A stretch of 56,483 bases of DNA from a virus (IMGVR_UViG_3300015259_000006:1-56483); one strand, 5' to 3'. Counted from the first letter of the stretch, positions 43,601 to 51,360 are shown. A program made the numbers and translations. The notes: generated by a model from the letters alone, not told the origin.

Positions 43601-46600
43601 CGCCGGGTTGGCGCGGCCGCAGTCGGTTCCTCGGTAAGACGACCGCCCTCATCGGGCGGCGGCTCTACACGGCCAACATCCGGAGCACGCCCAGGGCGAT
43701 CTCGTAGCTGTCCTTCGGCGGGTTGTTCAGGTCGAGCCCCGGGTTCGCCTGCTTGAATCGGCGCACGAGGGCCACCGGGTCTCCCTCCGGAGGGAGGTCG
43801 TCCGGGTCCAGGCCGGCCGCCAACGTCTCCTCCCGGAGCCGCGGCCCCGCCTCGAGGTGCTCCGTCCACGCCTGCTCCACCCGGCTCCACTGGCCGACTG
43901 GGCTCCGGAGCCAGCGGAGTTGCTCGGGGCTCGCCTGCTTTACGTTCGGCGCCGATGGGGAGGAGGGCATCGAGGGCATCCTCTAGTGAGGTAATACTCC
44001 CGCGGGCCACGTTTTGCAAGCGTTCTGCCATGGTCGCGCCGGGGGTCGGCCCCGTCTTGTCGATGACGAGGATCTGGTTTCCGAACGCCGTGCCGTACTT
44101 GCTGTACTCGTCTCCCGGTATCCCGATGTTGGCGCGGACGTTATAGCGAGGGAGGATGTCCGCCCACCAGTCGGCGAATGCTGCTCCGGTCGCGTGTCGC
44201 CCGGAGGGCTTCGGGGCAGCGATCACCTCGAACACCTGCCCGGACCTCGACAGCCCCGCCCGCGCCTCCGGGGTGTCGGGCGCCTCCCACTTCCCGTAGC
44301 CGTTCTGCTTGAAGCCCAGATCCTCGGCCAATGCGATCTGGTGGCGGTTGCCGGGCTCGGTGCGAAGGACACCGCGGACCGACTCCGGGAACTTCATGCC
44401 CTGGCCCACGATCGCCACGAGCCGGCCGCCGGGCTCCAGCCGCTGAAGCGCCTGGGTGACGTGCCGGGCCCCGTACTCCGTCTTGTTCGCCTGCACCCGC
44501 CCACCCGTCGCGGAGAACGGCGGGTTCATCACGATCACGGTGGGCCGCACGTCCTCGGGGAGCACGTCGTTGAGCACCTCGGCGTCCGAGGTCGTCGGCT
44601 TGAAGCCGAGGCGTTCGAGCAGCTTCACCCGCCGCGGAGCGATCTCGTTCACGCGGACGTCCTTCGCCCCTTCCGCCTGGATGAGCACGGCGATGCCGCC
44701 GTTGCCGGCGGAGGGCTCGAGCGCCACGTCCTCCGGACGGATGCCGGCCGCCTTGACGGCCACGAGCGCTTGGGTCGGTGGCGTCGAGAACTGCTGGAGC
44801 TCCTTCTGCTCGAGGGTCCTGTCGGTCTGCGTGGGCAGCCGCTTCAGGACATCGCGCAGCTCGGCGAGCGCCTTCTTCGGCTCCATCTTCGCGAGCCGCT
44901 TGCCGTTCTCCTGAATCCAGCGGTTGACGCCCGCCTCCATCGCATCGTAGGCGTCACGCGGCGTGTACTTGCCCTGGCCGCGCGTTCCTCCGAAGGCTTC
45001 CTGCGCGAGAGCGTCGAGCGAGCGGTTGTCCTTGATCGCTTCGCCCTTGCGAAGTCGTTCGGCGACGGCCTCTAGGAGCGTGGCCTCCGCATCCCTCGGG
45101 GCCTCCGGCCCACCGGATTCCTTCTTCTTCCGGTACTCGGCGGTGGCCAGCATGTCGCCGAGATCCTTGGAGTTGATGACGCCCCGCCGCACCAACTCCT
45201 CGCCGATCCGCCGCGTCTCCGCAACGTCCCACACCTTGTACGCAGCGTCGAGTTGATCCCCAAGCTCTGCGTCGGTCAGACGACCCTTGACGGTCTCGCC
45301 GGTGAGCGGCTCCTCGATTCGCCAGCCCTCGGGCAGCGTGCCGGGCTTGACGATGGACTCCTCCTCGTGGATCTCTGACTTCGGCGCGCCCTCTTCGGGA
45401 AGGCCGGTGACCGTCGCGCTACCGTCCCTCCTCATGCGCTCGGCTACCGCACGCGAGGTGTCGCTCGGCCGCGCCGACCAAAGGCTCCGCCGCGTGTCCC
45501 AGCGGAAGCCGGCCGTCTTGAAGCTGTCACGGATGGCCTTCGACGGCTTCTCAGCGAAGGCGATCGTGATCTCGGTGGAGGGCTTCGGTTCTGCAGGCCG
45601 CGGCTTCACCGGGAAGCCGGCCCCTTCGATCCTGGCCTTCGTCTCATCGCTGACCGCCGGCTTCTCCGGCTCGCGTTGCAGTGCGAAAAGGGCGTCGTCC
45701 TTGGCTCGCTCCCAGCGGGACCAGTCGTCGGGACTGCTCGTCTCCTCGAAGCGCTTGAGCCCCGCCTCAGCCGTCTCCACGATCTTCCGGTTGTCCTTCA
45801 GGTTGATCGCGCGGGTGAGCGCAGCCTTCAGCCGCTGGTATTCCTGCTGTGAAAGGCGCTCCTCTGGGGCGGCCGCAGGCTTCGCGGGACGCTCATGGCC
45901 CTTCGTGGCGAAGGAGGGGAGGACGTACTTGGCCCCGGGCTCGTTCTGGACCTGGGGGGTGACCGGCTTGCGGGCTTCCTCGCCCTGCTCGCGAGCCGCC
46001 TCGATGAGCGAGGCCGCGGCAGCCTTGTCCGGCTTGCGGGTGACTGCCTCCGCCGAGGGGAGTGGCGCTACTGCGGCAGGGGCTTCGGCCTCGGTGGGAA
46101 CCTCACCCGGACGAGCTTGCTCCCCGGGGGCAGAGACTTCACGAAGTCCGCGAGGCTGCTCACCACGGGCGGCTCGTTCGCCCGCGGCGACTCCGGCCTT
46201 CTTGGCAGCGTTGAGAGCGGCATCGGCTTCGGCAAGGTTCGCTCCTATTCCGTGATGGAGACCGATCCCCCGCATGGAGCGCGTCGATCCGTCCGGCAGT
46301 CGGAAGTCAACGACCGCCTCTCCAACGAGTTGCTTCAGTCTACCAGACCATTGGCCGATCTGTTCGGCGGTGTCCCCGCGGAGGAAGAACTCATCTCCCC
46401 CCACCCGGTACGCGCGGAGCCTCGGGTGTCCGCCCAGCTCCTTCTCGAACTCGGCACCCACAGCACGCAGGAGCGTGTCACCGGCCTCCTGGCCGAGGTT
46501 GTCGTTCACCCACTTCAGGCCCTCGACGTCGAGCTTGGCCTGCGGACCCTCTGCGCCCCCCGCCTCCTCGTAGGCCCGGCGGTTGCCCAGGCCGGTAAGG

Positions 46601-49122
46601 TCGTCCGTGAGCAGGGCCCGGCGCATCTCCTCGGGCTCCATGAGGTCAACGCGCTTCCGGAGGGCGAGGGCGGCACGGCGCTCGCGCGGGCCGGCCAGGG
46701 GTTGGGCGCGTCGCTCGCCGGTAGGTGCCGCGGGGGCTCCCTCTGTTCCTGCGGGAGCGCCGGGGACAGGCGCCGGAGGCGGCGCCCCCTCCCCGGGCCC
46801 GGCCGGGGCGCCGGGACGACCAGGGGCAGCGATGGGCGCTTCACCCGCTGGCGGTGCGCTTGGACCCCGCGGCTCAAGAGGTTGGACTGCCGGATGGATC
46901 GCCTCGGCCTGGCGCTTGTAGGCGAGGGGCTTCTTGGTGTCGCCCCCTCGAGCCCACGCCTTGAACTCCTCGACCGGCATCGAGGTGACCGCCCCGACGC
47001 GCTCCGAGGCCTTCCCGTCGGTGTAGGCCCGCCGGTAGGTGTCCAGGGCGGCGACCTCGTCTGGGAAGCCCAGCATGGCCTTGTGCTCATCGAAGCGCCC
47101 CGTCTTGGGGTCGATCTGGTCGATGACGAACACCCGCTCGGACTGCGGGGCGTCTCCCATGAAGACGTCGACCTGGTCCCCGTCCTTCCCCTCGGTGCGC
47201 CGGATGTAGCCGTAGTCGGCCGGGTAGTCGGGGACCCGCCAGGAGCGGTCCTTGGCCACCCGCTCGCCGCCCTTGGGGGTCTCGACGGAGATGTCCAGGC
47301 CCTGCCATGCCAGGTGGCCCTTCTTGTAGTTCCCGGCCTCCATCTGCGCGGGTGTCGGCGCCTCGGCGGGCGCCTCGGGGGCCGGCGCTGGCGGCGGCGG
47401 CGCGGCCGGGGGCGGTGGAAGTGCCTCGGCGGGTGGCTGCTCTCGTCCTGGGGGCGCCTCGGCCGCCTGCCGCCGCGTCTGACGGAGGGCGGCCTGCTCG
47501 ATGGGCCTGGCGACCTCCGGACGGGTCAGAACCCCGGCGGCGGCCTCAGCCTCCGGGGAGAGCTTCACCATCTCGGCGCCGAGGCCCGTCATCTCGGCCG
47601 GGGGCACCGGCGGCCCTGCGCGCGGTTCGGTGCGAGCCTCGCGGAGCGCCGCACTGATCGCCGTGGCGGTCGGGCGCCGCTGCAGGAACTCCCGTGTCAG
47701 CCGGGCCTGCTCCGCAGCCACACGGGCCTCCTGGATGGCCTCCGGCCGGTGCCGTTGCTCGATCTGCCATCTCCGCCGCGCGGCCCGGTCCATCTCCCGG
47801 GCGACCTCGGGGCGGGTGACGGCGCCGGCCTCGGCCTCGGCCGCGGGCGACAGGCGCACCATGTCGGACCCGGTCCCCGTCAGCTTGGGCGGGCCCGGCA
47901 GCGGGACGACCCGCGGGTCCCTCGGACCCATCAGGGCGGACCGGACGGCGGGCGAGATCGACCGGCGCTGGAGGAACTCCCGCGCGAGGCGCAGCTGCTC
48001 GGCGTTCGCCTGAGCTTCCCGGTTGGGCGTCAGGAACTCCCGCTCGCGCGCCTCGAAGGCCGCCTGCTCGACGGCCGCCTCCTCGATCGCCCGCGCCTTG
48101 GCCTCGGCGGCGGCCACCGCGATCCGCGGGTCCTTCGCGAAGCCGTGCTTTAGGCCCAGGCCTCCGAACGCGAGCGACGAGACGGACCCCAGGCCGGTGC
48201 GCAGCGTCTCGGGGTCCGACCAGCCGCGCTCGCGCGCCATCTCTCCGGTCTCCACCGCCCCCTCGACGCCCCCTATCACCATCTCGGGGGCGAAGGCGAG
48301 GCCGGCGGCGCGTGCCGCGATCGGAGACGCCTTGCCGAGCGTGCTGAAGGCCTTCCCGTACATCGGCAGGCCGACCGCAAGATCGGCAACGAATTCGCCG
48401 ACCGCCTCGGCCTGTCGCACGGCGCGCGGTGCCGCCTCGTGGTAGATCGGTTCCGTGCCGGGGATCCCGCCTGGAGCGCTGGGGTCCGCTGGGAGGAGGT
48501 GCTCCGCGACTCGCGGCATGCCGAGCGCGCGCGCCGCCGCCGCCGCCGCTACACCCATCCCCAGAGGCAGACCGGGTCGCGCGGGCCGGCCCTCCGCGAG
48601 CGCTCGACCCATCTCCGCGGCGGGGCGCTTGATGTTCTCCTCGCGCAGCAGTTCTTCGATGCCTGGCGACTCGAAGCCGAGGAGCGTCTCCGGCGCGAGG
48701 CGAAGCCTCGAGCGCTCTGCCGGGACTCCAGCCGCGTACTCCTGAACCGCCGTGCCGACAGCGGCCGGCACGCGGAACACGGCATCCGCAACCTCGCCGG
48801 CCCTCGCCGCCGCTCCCTTGATGGTCGAGAAGGACTCTTCGCCTTCCGGGGTGAGCCTGACCGCCGACGGCTTCCCGGTCGCCAGGGCCATCCCTTCCTG
48901 GCCCAGCATCGCGAAACCGCGGAGCGGGTTGATGGTCCTCTCGACGTCCTTGACTTTGCCCCAGACGCCCTTCGCGGCGCGCGCGATCAGGGGCTCCGAC
49001 TTCTGCGGCGCCGGCGTGAAGAGGTCCCCGTAGCGGCTCGACTGGGTCGGCCCGGTTGACGGACGTCTGGCGACTGTCGAAGCCGTCGAGTCCGGTAGCA
49101 GGAAGTCATACCGACCGGGCAT
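37609..49122 (-). CDS. Giant polyvalent DarB-like internal virion protein (InPase, GGDEF, N6-adenine MTase, strawberry-notch SF2 helicase, helical C-terminus)
   Basis: AQMEAGNYKKGH...DYGY...DGDQVDV...FDEHK (about 47360-46920); TDDLTGLGNRR...ND..G...GD...RVGGDEF (about 46640-46195); QFSTPP, LEPSAGNG, MNPPF (about 44900-44050); GDGTGVGKGRE, FDEAH, SATGA, QTMGRAHRSDQ (about 43560-41250). Follows the ejection-type genes. Confidence 0.92.
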   Translation of the reverse strand: MPGRYDFLLPDSTASTVARRPSTGPTQSSRYGDLFTPAPQKSEPLIARAAKGVWGKVKDVERTINPLRGFAMLGQEGMALATGKPSAVRLTPEGEESFSTIKGAAARAGEVADAVFRVPAAVGTAVQEYAAGVPAERSRLRLAPETLLGFESPGIEELLREENIKRPAAEMGRALAEGRPARPGLPLGMGVAAAAAARALGMPRVAEHLLPADPSAPGGIPGTEPIYHEAAPRAVRQAEAVGEFVADLAVGLPMYGKAFSTLGKASPIAARAAGLAFAPEMVIGGVEGAVETGEMARERGWSDPETLRTGLGSVSSLAFGGLGLKHGFAKDPRIAVAAAEAKARAIEEAAVEQAAFEAREREFLTPNREAQANAEQLRLAREFLQRRSISPAVRSALMGPRDPRVVPLPGPPKLTGTGSDMVRLSPAAEAEAGAVTRPEVAREMDRAARRRWQIEQRHRPEAIQEARVAAEQARLTREFLQRRPTATAISAALREARTEPRAGPPVPPAEMTGLGAEMVKLSPEAEAAAGVLTRPEVARPIEQAALRQTRRQAAEAPPGREQPPAEALPPPPAAPPPPAPAPEAPAEAPTPAQMEAGNYKKGHLAWQGLDISVETPKGGERVAKDRSWRVPDYPADYGYIRRTEGKDGDQVDVFMGDAPQSERVFVIDQIDPKTGRFDEHKAMLGFPDEVAALDTYRRAYTDGKASERVGAVTSMPVEEFKAWARGGDTKKPLAYKRQAEAIHPAVQPLEPRGPSAPPAGEAPIAAPGRPGAPAGPGEGAPPPAPVPGAPAGTEGAPAAPTGERRAQPLAGPRERRAALALRKRVDLMEPEEMRRALLTDDLTGLGNRRAYEEAGGAEGPQAKLDVEGLKWVNDNLGQEAGDTLLRAVGAEFEKELGGHPRLRAYRVGGDEFFLRGDTAEQIGQWSGRLKQLVGEAVVDFRLPDGSTRSMRGIGLHHGIGANLAEADAALNAAKKAGVAAGERAARGEQPRGLREVSAPGEQARPGEVPTEAEAPAAVAPLPSAEAVTRKPDKAAAASLIEAAREQGEEARKPVTPQVQNEPGAKYVLPSFATKGHERPAKPAAAPEERLSQQEYQRLKAALTRAINLKDNRKIVETAEAGLKRFEETSSPDDWSRWERAKDDALFALQREPEKPAVSDETKARIEGAGFPVKPRPAEPKPSTEITIAFAEKPSKAIRDSFKTAGFRWDTRRSLWSARPSDTSRAVAERMRRDGSATVTGLPEEGAPKSEIHEEESIVKPGTLPEGWRIEEPLTGETVKGRLTDAELGDQLDAAYKVWDVAETRRIGEELVRRGVINSKDLGDMLATAEYRKKKESGGPEAPRDAEATLLEAVAERLRKGEAIKDNRSLDALAQEAFGGTRGQGKYTPRDAYDAMEAGVNRWIQENGKRLAKMEPKKALAELRDVLKRLPTQTDRTLEQKELQQFSTPPTQALVAVKAAGIRPEDVALEPSAGNGGIAVLIQAEGAKDVRVNEIAPRRVKLLERLGFKPTTSDAEVLNDVLPEDVRPTVIVMNPPFSATGGRVQANKTEYGARHVTQALQRLEPGGRLVAIVGQGMKFPESVRGVLRTEPGNRHQIALAEDLGFKQNGYGKWEAPDTPEARAGLSRSGQVFEVIAAPKPSGRHATGAAFADWWADILPRYNVRANIGIPGDEYSKYGTAFGNQILVIDKTGPTPGATMAERLQNVARGSITSLEDALDALLPIGAERKAGEPRATPLAPEPSRPVEPGGAGVDGAPRGGAAAPGGDVGGRPGPGRPPSGGRPGGPRAPIQAGEPGARPEQPAEGQLRDRPGRAPDVGRVEPPPDEGGRLTEEPTAAAPTRREGPIAREEESGGTFVQYAPAKLDTKGLAKHPADIVEAASMAAVDPPEIRVRTSLPEAVLKEGRLSDIQYEQVLYAKQRHEQTLPDGARGGHFIGDGTGVGKGREIAGVILDNWHQGRKRSLWVSVSRDLIEDAKRDMEGVAGKDKIPIVSINAFPASGDIKHDAGILFTTYNSLISTGKKVAGAPPGHPGHLPAGGNTRLEQIKRWLGKDGVIVFDEAHKAKNALSVGRAQPSQTGQAVIQLQTDLPGARVLYVSATGATDVRNMAYMTRLGLWAPEPPRAGGLGGPTPQMSAQVEAHGALAARYPFPGGFNEFLNEIESGGVGAKEMVSRDLKALGMYAARSLSFKGVEYAERIHETTTDQRQMYDASARAWQVVLQNIENAIGITNANARARTSAMQAFWGAHQRFFRQVTTAIKMPTIIKETEEALAAGESVIVTLKGTGEGKTSELVSKATGEGLGLEELDFTPRQTLASMLDKAFPTQMYEEVRDPTDPTKTVKVAMVRDGKPVQSREALALKKQIMDGLSDLNLPDNPLDQFISHFGEKNVAELTGRARRLVRNKKTGKVTYESRASDEVSRNKVNVHEMRQFQGGKKRIAIISRAASTGISLHSSNQEKNQQRRRQIAAELDWSADAELQTMGRAHRSDQAQTPVFVLVSTDIGGEKRFSSTIARRLASLGALTRGQRDASGGGELAKYNFETVEGEAALEKLYWDMERGSEIVGVEDTRQAIVDMGLSKEEQGRSVRVPDAARRDVTRFLNRILSLDLQRQNAIFGEFTRKFDDTIRQAKEEGTFDDGVVDLKAVTLNVRGDPTLIHTDATTGAETKHLILDAEEATPRMTWREGIGGGTGIARQKTSKRLVMVGKTRDTTDAQTGAVRRVQGLWNNRGDFESIPESEFNEKYEIVTDRKEEVRERLGSHPEPIGASAKAIRDEWEAAVAKLPKTEKREHHIIAGSILPIWQRLKGDEQGLRIIRAQADNGQRIVGVEIPKNEVGRVLQSLGVGRTFETPEQVFTAVFHQGEAVALSENLVLRRTKVHGERRVEVSGVKSSRFQHLRSMGLIEEQIEYRTRFFVPTEQAEGVRILRNLMDAYPPMAPEKKPAAATDAGQAALDRLKKRGETDDPLSMGAAAGMGAETLRDATIYGASLIQRGMRDFGGWAKAMMADVGLPGLGRHLRAVYPKARAEAGTPAPGLPARPAAGGDGRPPRAGLGLISPPPGGPRPPPVPTRGAPAAPDTRRPSVVLAEDAVTASNRAKRVADTFEATNRKFEIAQEGAQRIEERGTIAKGERPAFRRAGQPAPEETRGFRFSERDIEQAGAEIVSAVKEFQAAEQRFTTGADANSAYQMRLSRQIMEQAVKNWQVYRTSAGRAVKRFDRPIPQEVIQRLREAGLIAGNIKDVKERIPIASNILRSLRNWSTLSDPEKAQFRRDLVDHFRLNLFSTTSWTLDAVGNASELAAQGGAGIGRDLVLMAKGQPYFPSMQALFRTIRTKTQLPSWRQSAVEPMAPDVEARLETTIAGERMGRAPGAGIFTYRKGLGSTAYDYTVGLPLYFKQGMDTAAKRLGAHWTLYREAIEASHREQVSGADREAFIERFLQDPPTESLDRAISNGKKAGFNRDLSKLEEKVADSTTARLLVDTFARWPFQFTRWAGEMLGWNPEMYQRLKAGTLKAEDVGEYLGKVATGLGGLYLINNLYDRVDFNSMEYVDDDGNRIRLSNRDPLPTALWLLTVIRGAHAVALGNEQEKDEAISKAVASLRHASIPGGRLLAGEGGLLGGLIKTFLRAAENPQNDPRALRGELENTINRAIPGQAVLSALKTLFDPTIREGIGANLPGVSHALPGAVNPVTGEPLRPRQKIGIPFTDIESPSFPSLGGTPIPGATRLLEPVQKLLSRYGLMIYRGPRGPIAGYPPSEVPEELRREWQEAFGKFRNRLLTPLTRSMRTLEGRDDEAVRKLIQQRDRVAAEMANREMRRRHGGPKKLPRQQTRRELAGPSRWH
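43665..43979 (-). CDS. Nested +1-frame gene (101-104 aa) right after the MTase domain
   Basis: Protein-like sequence; about 7 of 104 codons end in A/T (hand count), while about half of the overlapping main-frame codons do; AGAGG upstream of ATG 43970. Confidence 0.75.
   Translation of the reverse strand: MPSMPSSPSAPNVKQASPEQLRWLRSPVGQWSRVEQAWTEHLEAGPRLREETLAAGLDPDDLPPEGDPVALVRRFKQANPGLDLNNPPKDSYEIALGVLRMLAV
46068..46235 (-). CDS. Nested +1-frame gene (55 aa) overlapping the end of the GGDEF domain
   Basis: AGGAG-6 nt-TTG; MPKPMPLSTLPRRPESPRANEPPVVSSLADFVKSLPPGSKLVRVRFPPRPKPLPQ*; about 25 of 56 main-frame codons end in A/T here. Confidence 0.6.
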   Translation of the reverse strand: MPKPMPLSTLPRRPESPRANEPPVVSSLADFVKSLPPGSKLVRVRFPPRPKPLPQ

Positions 49123-49138
49123 CTCGACTCTTCGTCTC

Positions 49139-50092
49139 TCAGTAGTAGCCGGACCCGATGTCCACCCGGGGCTTGGCCATCCCGAACTGGAGCGCGAGTT
49201 CGCTCACGGCCTGCTGGTAGAGCTCCTTGGCCTGAGAGAGGCGCGCCTTCTTCTCGGCTTCCTCGAGTGGCGATTCGTGGATCCTCGCCACCGCCTCGGA
49301 GAAGTCCTGCTGCTCCTTGCGGAGCGCCGTCCCGAACTCCTGGCGCGTCGCCTGGACGGTCCCCTGCGAGATCTTGCTCTTCTCGCGCTCGAACGCCAGC
49401 CCCCGCTCGTCGCCCTTCGTCAGACCGGGGTAGGTCGTCGACTCGCCCGTCTCCATGATGGCGCGGCGCTGGCCGGCGAGCTGGGCCCGCTTGCCCGCCT
49501 CCTCGTAGACCGAGTCGGGGAGGTAGGCGACGTCCTCTTCCTTCGCGGAGTAGAAGCCTCCGCGGCTCGGCCCCTCCGTCTGCATCCTGGCGAGATCCTT
49601 GTCTCCGTAGCTCGCCACCCCGTCACCGTTCACGGGCTGCGGCTGCGGCCGCGGAGTCGGGACGCGCGAGGTGCGGGCCTGCTCGATCAACGGGGCGCTG
49701 GCCTGCGGGGCGCCCGAGGAAGCGCGGGCGACCGGCACCTCGTCTCCGGCACGCGCCTGCCTGGCCGCCGCCCCGGAGCGCGTTGCCTCCTGGATCGCGC
49801 GGGTGAAGTCGTCGCCTGTGAGCCCGGCGCCGGGCTGGCGCATCGCCGGGGCCGCCGCGGGGATGGGGCCCGGGGATGGGGCTGTGGTTGGAGTCGGCGC
49901 CGGCCCGGGTCCGCCCATCATCGCCATCGGCGCGGACGGGAAGATGCCGCGCACCGGGACGGGGAAGGCGTCCTCGCCGAGCGAAGGATCACCGCCGAAC
50001 TCGTCTACGGCCGGGTCCTGCTGCCCGTAGTTCAGCGGACCGCGCCCGGCCAGTCGCCGGGCCCTGGGGTCGAAGATGAAGGGGGTAGCCAT
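49139..50092 (-). CDS. Putative internal virion (ejection) protein
   Basis: Ala/Pro/Gly-rich with a helical end; directly upstream of the giant gene. Confidence 0.6.
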   Translation of the reverse strand: MATPFIFDPRARRLAGRGPLNYGQQDPAVDEFGGDPSLGEDAFPVPVRGIFPSAPMAMMGGPGPAPTPTTAPSPGPIPAAAPAMRQPGAGLTGDDFTRAIQEATRSGAAARQARAGDEVPVARASSGAPQASAPLIEQARTSRVPTPRPQPQPVNGDGVASYGDKDLARMQTEGPSRGGFYSAKEEDVAYLPDSVYEEAGKRAQLAGQRRAIMETGESTTYPGLTKGDERGLAFEREKSKISQGTVQATRQEFGTALRKEQQDFSEAVARIHESPLEEAEKKARLSQAKELYQQAVSELALQFGMAKPRVDIGSGYY

Positions 50093-50093
50093 G

Positions 50094-50675
50094 TCAGTAG
50101 ATCCCGTAGAAACCGCGGCTCTCCGCTCGCTCGACGCCGGCCTGTCCCCTGGCCATCTCGTCGGCGCGGCGCTTCGCGTCGGCCGCCGCAGCGGCCTCCC
50201 TGATCGACGCGGACTCGCGGAGCGGAGCGAGCTCCTCGCCTGGCGTCAGGCCGCCGCGCTCCATCCCGGCGTTCTGCGGCAGGAAGATCTGCCGCTGGGC
50301 GCCGGTCATCGCCTTGTCGTCCAACTCGATGTGGGCGTCGTTGTTGAACCCGCCCGCGGTCTTGTAGACAGGGGCAGGCCTGAACGCCGCTTGGAGCTGG
50401 GCGGCCTCCGCCTGCGTCTTCAGGTGCTTGAGGGGATCCCGGGGAGGGTTCCTCTCGCGCCAGCGCGCGTTTGCTGCCTCGTTGCGAGCGCGCGAGCGGT
50501 CCTTCTTCTGCTCCCTACGGTCGTCCCTCTGTTGCTGGCGCAACTCGTCCTGGTAGGAAAGCTGCCTCTCCGCGAGGCTCCGGAAGAATGGATCCATGCC
50601 CTCCGCTCCGCCACCGAACCCGGAGGTATCGGTGTGGACGTTGCCCGGCGTGCGGTACGTCTCGATCGTGGGCAT
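50094..50675 (-). CDS. Putative internal virion protein
   Basis: AGGAGG RBS before ATG 50675; charged helical sequence. Confidence 0.6.
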   Translation of the reverse strand: MPTIETYRTPGNVHTDTSGFGGGAEGMDPFFRSLAERQLSYQDELRQQQRDDRREQKKDRSRARNEAANARWRERNPPRDPLKHLKTQAEAAQLQAAFRPAPVYKTAGGFNNDAHIELDDKAMTGAQRQIFLPQNAGMERGGLTPGEELAPLRESASIREAAAAADAKRRADEMARGQAGVERAESRGFYGIY

Positions 50676-50689
50676 GTCACCCTCCTGCG

Positions 50690-51346
50690 CTAGTTGAACT
50701 GCTGCATCATGGCCAGCCACTGCGCCATCTTCTGGTCTTGGGCGGCCTGGGCGATCCGTTGCTGCTCGAGGCCCAAGCCGGCCTGCTGGAGACCGACCCC
50801 GGCCCAGCCCTGACCAACGCGCTCACGGTCGAGTGCGTACTGGCCCGGCGCCCCCGCGATCGCCGAGCCTCCGAGGACAAGGGCGTCGAGCTGCCTCTCC
50901 CGCCCCAGCGAGATGTCGGCCGCCGCACCGGCCTGCGCCCGCTGTGCCGCGGCGTCGATCTTCCCGGACTCCTGATCGCCGACTCCCGTGCCGAGCACCC
51001 CACGGCGAGCGAGTTGGGTAGCTTGCCCGGCCTTGCGGCCGGCCGCCGCGTCGGCGATCGAGCCGGTCGCCCGGTCGATCGCGCGGCCCGTGGTGTCGCT
51101 GCTGAGCCGTTCCTTGTAGCGAGCGTACTGCTCGTCGAGGTTGGTTCCCCCCACGTTCGGAGGGAGCTGTGTCGTGGCGGCGATGGTCGGCGCCGCCGCC
51201 GGCGTGGGAGCAGCCGGAGCCAGCGTAGGGAAGGCGGGCAGTTTAGGTGTAGGTACGCCTTTTCCGTAGCCGCCGGATCCGATCGTCACCTTCTTCGGCA
51301 TCGGGCCGGTGCTGGCTGGTTGTTTCCAAGTGGGCGGCGTTGGCAT
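50690..51346 (-). CDS. Putative ejection/pilot protein
   Basis: Ala/Gln/Gly-rich; LARRGVLGTG motif common in podovirus ejection proteins. Confidence 0.65.
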   Translation of the reverse strand: MPTPPTWKQPASTGPMPKKVTIGSGGYGKGVPTPKLPAFPTLAPAAPTPAAAPTIAATTQLPPNVGGTNLDEQYARYKERLSSDTTGRAIDRATGSIADAAAGRKAGQATQLARRGVLGTGVGDQESGKIDAAAQRAQAGAAADISLGRERQLDALVLGGSAIAGAPGQYALDRERVGQGWAGVGLQQAGLGLEQQRIAQAAQDQKMAQWLAMMQQFN

Positions 51347-51360
51347 TGGTTCTACCCCTC

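Noticed and set aside
45072-45263. Other alternative-frame ORFs in the giant gene (also 40341-41069, 39456-40076, 48549-48791)
   Set aside because: The main frame is protein-like there and the alternative peptides are Arg/Ser/Pro filler.
46515-47090. Possible third nested +1 ORF after the InPase domain
   Set aside because: Main-frame codons at about 46900-46720 are A/T-ending rich, but I see no RBS/start pair or nearby stop and the peptide is low-complexity. At most a decayed relic.
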